From contig NC_019972.1 in the NCBI RefSeq assembly GCF_000328665.1, forward strand, positions 248,001-285,109: a stretch of 37,109 nt of DNA. Direction: 5' to 3'. The notes beneath the pieces were generated by a model. That model worked only from the letters and a program-made list of their open reading frames with translations, searched no databases and was not told the origin of the DNA. Made by a program: the position numbers and the translations under genes. Numbering within the stretch: the stretch's first letter is position 1; each line of letters begins with the position of its first letter. This document shows positions 1 to 7,995 of the stretch, piece after piece. Origin of the DNA: Methanomethylovorans hollandica DSM 15978 (GTDB lineage: Archaea; Halobacteriota; Methanosarcinia; Methanosarcinales; Methanosarcinaceae).

Positions 1-48
1 ATTCAAATATAGTTGGATTTGACGAAAGGGTATTTGTCTTGTTGGTAG

Positions 49-79
49 AGCTCGCCATCAGATTTAGCGAGCTTTTTTT
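49..79 (+). terminator. Hairpin plus T-tract, putative terminator of a transcript entering from the left
   Basis: AGCTCGC-N11-GCGAGCT followed by a T run. Confidence 0.45.
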
Positions 80-227
80 ACTACCTTCATTTCTGACGTT
101 TTTAGCGCAAAATTAAGAATTCAGTCTGATCGTTATGCTATCGATTATTTTGGGATTGCACCTCCTATATGATGATCTTTAGGATGTATGCGTTTTTTTG
201 TATTGATTATTGTGTGGAATATCCTAA

Positions 228-260
228 GTGAACCTCTCCGGCCTGAAGACCGGGGACTGC
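228..260. mobile_element. IS200/IS605-like terminal hairpin remnant
   Basis: GTGAACCT-CTCCGG-CCTGAAGA-CCGGGG-ACTGC: GC-rich hairpin in AT-rich DNA resembling IS605-family subterminal palindromes; no tnpA/tnpB adjacent. Confidence 0.4.
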
Positions 261-351
261 GTATCGTGATTTAGTTCAATTTAGTGTCCGAAATGCTCAA
301 GAAGTCCACTAAAACTGTTTACTGACATTTTGTTCACCTGTCTATGTTTCT

Positions 352-1248
352 TTACACTGGAACTTGACTGAAATTAGTAACTGGCTCAACAAATGCAGGC
401 ATTTTTCTGGTGATTAGTTTTTTTACTTGAAGTGAATGAAGGATTGCTTCAATCTCAGTTTGCCCAATTTCCATTTCTTTCATTATTGAAGCTACACTTA
501 CGATTTTACCATTTCCTTTTTCACAAATGAGTTCGAGAGCATAGTTTTCCTGTTCTGTCAGGCCATTATCAAGAACTGCTAGTTTTGATGAACTATGAAT
601 TGATTCAGGGTTTTGTGAGCTGGTACTCTGTGTCTGTTCCTGCTGTGAAGCTGTGATTGGTATTTTGGGTGGTATGGTTTCTGATGATTTTGAAGATGGT
701 AAAGAATTTTCCATAAGGAAATTCTTTACAGTTTCTATTTTTGTAGTGTAGTATGAATCTTCAATACCCTTTGTTTTTATATTCTGTTCTAATTTTGTAA
801 TTGCTTCCTGTATCCAATAATTACGGGTATCCTTGTCGGATAGGGTAATGAATTCTGGCCGAATGATGGGGATTTTCGTGTTTGGATCATCAGCTGGGGT
901 GTAGATGTTTACTTTTCCTATGACAGCAACAATTATGTTGTTATTCATATTTGCCTGCAGGAAAGCGGCGGCTTCTGGCTGGTATTGTCCAGCATGAACA
1001 ATGAAATTACCAGTCATATCATTTATCCTTGCTTTCATTGTTATCGCATTGTCTTTTTTACTACTTTCGACTTCGGTGAGGATACCCACTATGAAAACCC
1101 TGTTCAGTTGAGTTCCTGCTTCAGTTTCAATTAAATTCTTTGTTTTTCCGTCTTCAAGTTCTATTATTGAAGATTCTTTTATCCTTGATAGTTCGACTGC
1201 AAGAACTCTTTTCGCTGGTTCTCTTGCGAATTTCTGTATTGATGACAT
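352..1248 (-). CDS. RPA-associated OB-fold protein (RPA32/Rpap-like) with probable C-terminal winged helix
   Basis: REPAKRV..ELS, NRVFIVGILTEV, ARINDMTGNFIVHAGQYQPEAA, AVIGK, IRPE, RNYW motifs; low-complexity linker then helical domain; directly downstream of RPA. Confidence 0.8.
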   Translation of the reverse strand: MSSIQKFAREPAKRVLAVELSRIKESSIIELEDGKTKNLIETEAGTQLNRVFIVGILTEVESSKKDNAITMKARINDMTGNFIVHAGQYQPEAAAFLQANMNNNIIVAVIGKVNIYTPADDPNTKIPIIRPEFITLSDKDTRNYWIQEAITKLEQNIKTKGIEDSYYTTKIETVKNFLMENSLPSSKSSETIPPKIPITASQQEQTQSTSSQNPESIHSSSKLAVLDNGLTEQENYALELICEKGNGKIVSVASIMKEMEIGQTEIEAILHSLQVKKLITRKMPAFVEPVTNFSQVPV

Positions 1249-1262
1249 GTGAATTACTTCCT

Positions 1263-2162
1263 TTATACTTTAAGTGGATTGATCATTTGTCCTGTAAGTG
1301 AGTCGATTCCCTTGACGATCATTAGTTCAGATACTGGAGTTACTTCTACCCTGTAGTATCTTCCAATAATCATTTTTTCAATTTCTTCCATTACAACTTT
1401 CTGGTCTAAGGCATCTGCGGCCATTGCAATTGCTCTATTGAGGTCAATTCCGGTCAGAGTTTCTGTTAGCTCTTTCTGGAGTAGAATGGTGTATGTGTTT
1501 TCTCCATCATCTAATGTAGCCTTAATTCTTAGATCATAGGTTCCGTCTATTTTTCCATGTTCTGAACAGGCACCTTTACTAAGAACTTTTTTGCATGTTG
1601 GGCATCTTTTAATCAGACCACTACCTGAAGATACTGAGACAATTGCACCTTCAATAGATTTAGTAAACGCCTTGGTCTCAATTATTTCATTGAGAATAGT
1701 TGCTTTACTGGATTTATTGAGACTGATTTGTGGCTGGTTGTAGAAAGTTCCTGTGATTACATTTTCAAGCAGATATGATTTTCCTACTTCAAGTGTAAAA
1801 GGAACATTGTTGCTTGAAATGAAGTTGATAGTTCCCGTTTCGTCGCCAATTACACCTCTTTGTTTGTACTTTTCACCATCAGCACCAAGGTTTGTTACTG
1901 CTATTCTTACATTTACCCATTTTTTGGGTGGAATTGAATATATTTCACCAATACTGACATTGTTGGAGCTGGGTGCAGATAGTTCTACATTTTTTTCTGA
2001 AGCTATCTTTTTTATTACTGATTTTTTTGCATCTTCTACTGGTACACCAAGATTGATCAATTTATTCAAGTTTGTTTCAATTTGATTGATATCAGTTTCA
2101 ATACCCTTTTCGGTAAAAATTTTCTGAATATCCATGGCTGTTGCTGTTATCATAGTTATCAC
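1263..2162 (-). CDS. rpa: Replication protein A (OB folds plus Zn finger), euryarchaeal RPA3-type
   Basis: GVIGDETGTINF OB motif; GSGLIKRCPTCKKVL..GACSEHG..DLRIKATLDDG; start may be ATG at 2153. Confidence 0.88.
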   Translation of the reverse strand: MITMITATAMDIQKIFTEKGIETDINQIETNLNKLINLGVPVEDAKKSVIKKIASEKNVELSAPSSNNVSIGEIYSIPPKKWVNVRIAVTNLGADGEKYKQRGVIGDETGTINFISSNNVPFTLEVGKSYLLENVITGTFYNQPQISLNKSSKATILNEIIETKAFTKSIEGAIVSVSSGSGLIKRCPTCKKVLSKGACSEHGKIDGTYDLRIKATLDDGENTYTILLQKELTETLTGIDLNRAIAMAADALDQKVVMEEIEKMIIGRYYRVEVTPVSELMIVKGIDSLTGQMINPLKV

Positions 2163-2210
2163 TTTTATTTTTAGTATAGAATGTTTGTTTTTTTTGTTGT
2201 ATCTATTTAG

Positions 2211-2238
2211 AAAAAAAGGGTAAGAGGTCGGAACCTCT
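2211..2238 (-). terminator. Hairpin plus T-tract downstream of ORF 2241-3554
   Basis: AGAGGT-CGGA-ACCTCT stem next to the stop codon, then T7 on the minus strand. Confidence 0.45.
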
Positions 2239-2240
2239 AA

Positions 2241-3554
2241 CTATGCAGTAGCTTTGACTTTCCTTTGATTAAGAGGATAGTCAAGATGAACATATGGAGA
2301 GATTATTGCACCTTGACATTGCCATTGGTGGTGGCACTTGGTACAAACAACAGGCGTATCGTGTACATGTATATTACCGTACAGATTCTTTCCTGCAGGT
2401 GCTCTCCAACGAACGTTTGTCATCAAGTAGTATCTCTTCAAGTAGAATTTTGCTACTACTTGGATGTGGCGTTCGATATATTGTAGTTGCTTGCTAGACA
2501 ACTCCTTACCAGCTTTTGCGTAAATCCTCTTTGCAGAAGCTATGCACTTCTCAACCAATACTTTGGTGGTTGGGATATTCATAGCCCTGTGAAGTAAATG
2601 CTCCTGGAATCTGCTAAACTCGGACTGTCCGGAAGCATTTTTGGACATATCAATACTTCCGATAGTATTGACATCTTCCTGAAGTGATGAAATCCTTTTC
2701 TGAATCGATTCCCATTCTATTTTGAACGGAATTTCATTCAGAATTCTACCAACTTTGAACTCTCGTTCAAAGATAGTAGCAATTTCTTCAAGAATTGCAG
2801 ATCGCTGAATGAACTTACAGGAAGAAACAACGTTTCCTAGAACTGCAAGTTCTTTATCGGGATCAACATGCATAATGCTTGCGTTAATCACTTGCTTGTT
2901 TTCTCGGGAACCAGTGGCCTGAAACATCTGCATTCCTAAAGCTGCTACCTTTTGACAAAGGTGACATCTTTCAAGTTTGTCTTTTAGCTCTGGGAATTTT
3001 CTCTTCATGTATTCGGAACATACATGAAATTTAACAGATTCCTTTGCATTAGATTGGGCCTGTTCAAGCTTCTTGAGAATTATCTCTGAGGGAGCTATTA
3101 TTCTTTGGTCTGTTGGAACAGATGAACCTGTACGATATTTTAGTTCGTACAAGGACATGTGCTCAAGATCAGTAGATCTTTTTTGAGCCTCAAAGAAAGC
3201 ACCCATTTCCTCGAATGAAGAAAAAGATACGTTCTCTCGTTCCCAATCAGCACTTATTGCAGATGTATCATCTTCTCGATTTGACTCATCATCGAAGAAT
3301 GAATCTGTTCCAGATAGCTTGAATGAACCTAATCCACGGGGAATAGATTCTTCCGTCCCTGCAATCTTGTCACAATGGGTTTGTGGAACAAGATTAAACA
3401 TTGGATCTGCCTGAAGTCTATCTGTCGAGGAAAGCTTTGACATTGGGCATCCGCCCTGCAGAACAAATGCTCTCTCGAAATCATTCAGCTTGCCGGATGC
3501 AAGAAGTTGTTCAACTACGTTTCCACTTACAAATTTTGCAAAAATGTCGCTCAT
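2241..3554 (-). CDS. Hypothetical protein, 437 aa, with CxxC motifs
   Basis: Long ORF with AAGGAG RBS upstream; CHLC and HxH..CTKC motifs; family not recognised. Confidence 0.75.
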   Translation of the reverse strand: MSDIFAKFVSGNVVEQLLASGKLNDFERAFVLQGGCPMSKLSSTDRLQADPMFNLVPQTHCDKIAGTEESIPRGLGSFKLSGTDSFFDDESNREDDTSAISADWERENVSFSSFEEMGAFFEAQKRSTDLEHMSLYELKYRTGSSVPTDQRIIAPSEIILKKLEQAQSNAKESVKFHVCSEYMKRKFPELKDKLERCHLCQKVAALGMQMFQATGSRENKQVINASIMHVDPDKELAVLGNVVSSCKFIQRSAILEEIATIFEREFKVGRILNEIPFKIEWESIQKRISSLQEDVNTIGSIDMSKNASGQSEFSRFQEHLLHRAMNIPTTKVLVEKCIASAKRIYAKAGKELSSKQLQYIERHIQVVAKFYLKRYYLMTNVRWRAPAGKNLYGNIHVHDTPVVCTKCHHQWQCQGAIISPYVHLDYPLNQRKVKATA

Positions 3555-3585
3555 ATAGATTTCTCCTTAGAAGCGACAAACCACT

Positions 3586-3635
3586 TACCCAAAGGGAAGT
3601 GATTCATCGCTGAACTGCACTTCCCGTTAGGGGTA
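3586..3635 (-). promoter_or_regulatory. Long stem-loop in predicted 5' leader of ORF 2241-3554
   Basis: TACCC/GGGTA, GGGAAGTG/CACTTCCC and TTCA/TGAA nested arms; TATA-like sequence near 3664-3672. Confidence 0.45.
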
Positions 3636-3843
3636 GTCTAATTTACTATATGTTACAAAGTTACTTATATACATATCGAAAGGAAGTATGTTTTTTTGTG
3701 GGGAAGGAGATGGGAAAATTTGTGCCAAAAATTAGAAAAAAATATGACCGAGAACAGAGAGACGTGAAAACCTCTTTCATTATATTTTATTCGAAATATT
3801 TATATTGCGACCGGGTTAGTTATAACATAAAAAATATAAGAGG

Positions 3844-6372
3844 ATGATTACCATGTCTCAGACAGAAAACGGTACCAGAAAAAGAGGAATTTACATAAAA
3901 GAAGCAATCGAGACACTTTTCGAAAAAGACCAGGTTGTAGAGATCAGGGGCCTGTATAATAATAATCGGTGTCCTACAAAAAACGGTTTCTATAAAGATT
4001 TTGATGCTCTGATAAAAGTTGCTGATGCAATGGATACTGATCCTGATGTGAAAGGGATATATGTAGTATTGAATCGGATCGATCCTGCTTTGTTTGCAAG
4101 AAAAGCTAATCGTATAGATTGTGCAAAGAGTGGTGCGGGTACAGGGGATCAGAACGTTATCAAAAGACGCTGGCTACCAATTGATATAGATCCAGAACGA
4201 CCATCTGAGATTTCATCTTCAAATGAAGAGCATGAATTGGCCCTTAAAAAAGCTAGTAGAATTGCAGATTGGTTGGCAGAAATGGGATTCCCCGAACCAA
4301 TAAAGGCTGATAGTGGCAATGGGGCTCATCTTCTCTATAGAATTGATCTGGATAACACTGCTGAAAATACATATCTTTTAAAGAAGTGCATTGCAGCAAT
4401 TGCTTTGTTCCATACGAATGAAGAATCTAAAGTTGATACTACTGTTTATAATGCTTCAAGGATCTGGAAACTATACGGAACTGTATCCCGTAAAGGAGAT
4501 AGTATTCCAGCAAGACCTCATCGAAGATCAAAAATAATCTCTAAACCAGCAGAGATTAAAATCATAGACATTTCTTTACTTGAAAAACTTGCGAATATCG
4601 TGTCAACTGAAGAAGAATCAGTTGATGATGGTTCCAAGTATGTTAATTATGGAAATAGGTATAATCAAAATTATCCTACGTTTGTGCTCGGGAAATGGTT
4701 AGAAGAACATAATATTGAGGCTAGGCATCAGAAATGGGTTGAAAATTCTGACATATATGTACTTCGAAAATGTCCATTTTCAGATGCCCATGTAGATGGA
4801 GCTTATGCAATACAATTTACTAACGGTAAGGTTATTGCAGCATGTCACCATGAATCCTGTGGGGGAAGGAAAAATAGATGGAAAGAGTTTAGGTCTAAAT
4901 TTGAGCCTGATTATTCAACTAAATCCATGTCCAGGACTGAACAGTATAGTTATAGAGATAGAAAAGACAATGAGTTCAATAATTCTAAAGTTCGTCCCGT
5001 CGAAGGCAACTATTCAGTTCCTTCAGAGAATGCAGATTCGATGATAGAAAAGGATATTATCAGAATAAACTTATTTAGATGTGTTAATCTTCTTCAAAAT
5101 CCTCCATTTGGAAGACAGCAGATCAAGAATATTCTACAAGGCCGTAAAATGAAAAAGATTGAGCAATATGGACATCAAAAACTGTTTGTTTACGGTTCCT
5201 TAAAGGGAGTATCTGATGAGATGATAATGGGGACTATTGATGAGATGATGCAAGAAGGATATTTGGTAAATAGTGGTGGCTTTCATCCTACTGTGAGAAT
5301 CACAGAAAAAGGAAAAAGAACTCTTGGAGAATATGAAGAATTCGGAGATACTCAGATATGTGCACACTACCAGGACGAAGAGCTTGTCGAAACCTTTGAT
5401 TTTATTCCTTCCCTTGACAGTCTATTAGGAAAACTCATATCTTCTTCTGCTACAGATCGAAGAAAAGCTATAGAAGAGATTGCATTACTTGGAGATGAAA
5501 ATGCTGTTCCTTTGTTAATAGATATGCTTGAAGATAACAATGGAAATGTTAGAGCTACTGCTATTAAATGTCTTGGTGAATTCAAGGATCCGGATCTATT
5601 CGAGCCTATATACAAAAAGATTAAAGATCCATCAGCAATAGTTCGCTGTCATGTTATAATGGCTCTTGCGGAACTTGGTACACCAGCTGCATTACGTGCC
5701 TTGCTTTTTTGTCTTGAAAATAGAGATGATCAAATTAGAAAAGATGCTGTATATGTTTTGGGTGAACTGCGTTGTTACGATGCTGTAAATCCGTTAATTT
5801 CTGTTTTAAAAAGGGATAAAGATGAAAGGGTAAAGGAAGAAGCTTTGATATCTTTGGGTAAGATAAGAGATCCAACCACTTTAAAGATCATCCAACAAGA
5901 GCTGAGTCGAAACAGTTTAGTTAATAAAGAAGCTGCTTGTATATCCCTTGGTCATTTTAAAGATTTTAGTTCAATTGATACTCTGATAGGTTATACTAAA
6001 CATCCTTATGAAGGAGTTAGGATGGCTGCAATCCAAGGATTGGGTCTTATGGGAAATCCAGAAGTAATTGATTCTATAGTACCTGCTCTAAAGGATTTAC
6101 ATGGTGATGTGCGTTATGCTGCAGTTATAGCACTTGATCAAATTGGTAGCATCAAAGGAATACATGCTTTGGTAAAATCTCTTGATGATCCTGAAAATTG
6201 GGTTATCATGCGTGTAATGGATGCTCTTGCACATATTGGTTATGTGCAATCATTAAACCATTTAGAAACGTATCTTGATTGTCCTGATCAAGACATGCAG
6301 GATTGTGCAAGGAAAGCAATAAAGGAAATCAGATCAAAATGGAATATTGAAAAATGGGATATTGAGGACTAG
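3844..6372 (+). CDS. AEP-superfamily primase(-polymerase) fused to Zn finger, RQC winged helix and HEAT/PBS-lyase repeats
   Basis: WLPIDID (motif I), DSGNGAH (motif II), VDTTVYNASRIWKLYGT (motif III); CPF..H..CHHESC; FGRQQIKNILQG..YGSLK..EGYL..PTVRITEKG; about 9-10 VRxxAxxALG-type repeats. Confidence 0.8.
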   Translation: MITMSQTENGTRKRGIYIKEAIETLFEKDQVVEIRGLYNNNRCPTKNGFYKDFDALIKVADAMDTDPDVKGIYVVLNRIDPALFARKANRIDCAKSGAGTGDQNVIKRRWLPIDIDPERPSEISSSNEEHELALKKASRIADWLAEMGFPEPIKADSGNGAHLLYRIDLDNTAENTYLLKKCIAAIALFHTNEESKVDTTVYNASRIWKLYGTVSRKGDSIPARPHRRSKIISKPAEIKIIDISLLEKLANIVSTEEESVDDGSKYVNYGNRYNQNYPTFVLGKWLEEHNIEARHQKWVENSDIYVLRKCPFSDAHVDGAYAIQFTNGKVIAACHHESCGGRKNRWKEFRSKFEPDYSTKSMSRTEQYSYRDRKDNEFNNSKVRPVEGNYSVPSENADSMIEKDIIRINLFRCVNLLQNPPFGRQQIKNILQGRKMKKIEQYGHQKLFVYGSLKGVSDEMIMGTIDEMMQEGYLVNSGGFHPTVRITEKGKRTLGEYEEFGDTQICAHYQDEELVETFDFIPSLDSLLGKLISSSATDRRKAIEEIALLGDENAVPLLIDMLEDNNGNVRATAIKCLGEFKDPDLFEPIYKKIKDPSAIVRCHVIMALAELGTPAALRALLFCLENRDDQIRKDAVYVLGELRCYDAVNPLISVLKRDKDERVKEEALISLGKIRDPTTLKIIQQELSRNSLVNKEAACISLGHFKDFSSIDTLIGYTKHPYEGVRMAAIQGLGLMGNPEVIDSIVPALKDLHGDVRYAAVIALDQIGSIKGIHALVKSLDDPENWVIMRVMDALAHIGYVQSLNHLETYLDCPDQDMQDCARKAIKEIRSKWNIEKWDIED

Positions 6373-6584
6373 ATCTTCTTTTTTTTTGATTCAAAAAACA
6401 TGTTGTAGTGATATATTGCCAATTGTTGATTTCTTCAATATATCATTTAGTAGATAATGTAAATAGGAGTTGTTTATATTTGTTCATATCATCGATATGA
6501 ATCCAATGTACCATGAAGATGGTTTAGAAAATCCATAAGCATCTGGATTTAGTAGTTCTTATTTATCCAAGGCTATGTAATTAT

Positions 6585-6824
6585 TTATTTTTTACTGACA
6601 AACCAAAACAAACAGGCTCCCACTATAGCTCCGGCTAAAACATAATTAAAAGATGTCTCAGCATATGGTATTAGCATAGTCTCAAATCCTCTTAGTTCAG
6701 ACCCTCTTGTGAGTACTGTTTCAAGTGGCAGTTGTCCTACTACTGGAACACTTGGTCTTAACAAAAATCCTGTGACACTACCAAGAAGAAAACCAAAAAC
6801 TACATTTCCTTTAGACTTTGTCAT
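6585..6824 (-). CDS. Small two-TM membrane protein
   Basis: 79 aa with two hydrophobic Gly-rich segments flanking RPSVPVVGQLP. Confidence 0.65.
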   Translation of the reverse strand: MTKSKGNVVFGFLLGSVTGFLLRPSVPVVGQLPLETVLTRGSELRGFETMLIPYAETSFNYVLAGAIVGACLFWFVSKK

Positions 6825-6916
6825 ACGATATAATTATTTATTATTTTATATAAAATTGTCTATAACTCAATTCGTGTAAAAATGAAAGTACAATTCTAAA
6901 ACTAATAGGACAAAAG

Positions 6917-6964
6917 ATGTTAAAGTTGATAGATTTGTAAATTTGTAGGTTTCTAAACTCGAGT
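6917..6964. repeat. 8-bp-period degenerate tandem array 1
   Basis: ATGTTAAA GTTGATAG ATTTGTAA ATTTGTAG GTTTCTAA ACTCGAGT. Confidence 0.55.
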
Positions 6965-7030
6965 CATCGTAGATTTTAAGAGTTCTGCAATGGAAGTGCT
7001 GATACCACCACATTCTCCTCAGTTTTATTC

Positions 7031-7405
7031 TCACTTTGGTTCTTCTTTTACATCACCGATTATCATTTCACCTTCTTCATAGGCCTTTATAACATTTTCT
7101 ATCCCTTGACCTGGAATTCCTTCATATCGAAGCACAGCAGCATTTAGTTTACGCCATGCTCTTCTCATTCTATTTGCTTTCGACCCAATATCAAAACCAT
7201 TCAATACACCGACTGAAACAGCTGCTAGAAATGCCAGCCATTCAATTTGTTCAGATTCAAAAGAATTAATTTTAGCTGCCACAAGTAATGAAGAAACAAT
7301 TGCCGCAATTCCAAGTAGGGCATGAATTGTCCTCAGTAAAGAACCTTCAATTTTCCATGCGTGACATTATTTTTTCAAATCATTAAAAGTTTCACTTTCT
7401 TCCAT
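7031..7405 (-). pseudogene. SLATT/DUF4231-like two-TM protein with premature TAA at codon 13
   Basis: ATG at 7405 is in frame with ORF 7031-7282: MEESETFNDLKK*CHAWKIEGSLLRTIHALLGIAAIVSSLLVAA...WLAFLAAVSVGVL...RRAWRKL; TAA at 7367-7369. Confidence 0.6.
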
Positions 7406-7525
7406 CGTAAAATACACCCCACAACCATAGAAGATACTTACAATTTTGTTGGTTATATTATATTAATTTGTCAGTTGAGGAGATACTTACTAGAAAATAT
7501 AGCAGAAATTATGTTGAAACTTTAA

Positions 7526-7565
7526 ATTTATAAATTTGTGAATTTTTAAAATTATGGGTTTGTAA
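7526..7565. repeat. 8-bp-period array 2
   Basis: ATTTATAA ATTTGTGA ATTTTTAA AATTATGG GTTTGTAA. Confidence 0.6.
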
Positions 7566-7703
7566 TGATACTGCGAGTGATAGACTGATGATATTTGATA
7601 GATCTAGCAGGATATTTAGGTGAAGTATTGGCAGATTAGGCTATGATTTTACTGCTATAAGAAAATGATAGATTATTGGAGTCTAAAAGCATTCATTTTA
7701 AAA

Positions 7704-7816
7704 ACATCTATATCTTTAAACATTTAGATTTATAAACGTACACATTTAAAAATATAATAGGTAGATAAATCTAGAAGTTTATAGATTTGTAAATTTATGA
7801 TTTTATAAACTTATAC
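7704..7816. repeat. 8-bp-period array 3 (about 14 units)
   Basis: ACATCTAT ATCTTTAA ACATTTAG ATTTATAA ACGTACAC ATTTAAAA ... GTTTATAG ATTTGTAA ATTTATGA TTTTATAA ACTTATAC. Confidence 0.65.
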
Positions 7817-7882
7817 TATTATATATTTAAATGAGAACAATAGTGCCATTCAACAAAAGAGTGACAATAATACCAAAGTTGG

Positions 7883-7986
7883 GTGAAATACTCCTCCCTA
7901 ATCACCGAAGGTGATTTGAGGAAGGAGCTTCCTAAGAGTGCTTGTCTCATCTCGAAATCGCTACGCTTCGAGAAAGGGGACTTCTG
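7883..7986. mobile_element. Non-autonomous IS200/IS605-derived palindromic element (PATE/MITE-like)
   Basis: About 100 bp GC-rich island with two imperfect hairpins: CTCCTCCCT-AATCACC-GAA-GGTGATT-TGAGGAAGGAG and TCTCGAA..TTCGAGA..GGGGACTTC; no transposase. Confidence 0.55.
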
Positions 7987-7995
7987 CTTAAAATG

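Noticed and set aside
1753..2085. Antisense ORF and similar short shadow ORFs (e.g. 5367-5615, 7942-8223, 11668-11901, 21794-22039, 28603-28857, 31672-31968)
   Set aside because: They lie opposite well-supported genes and have no recognisable motifs, unlike the nested MTase ORFs
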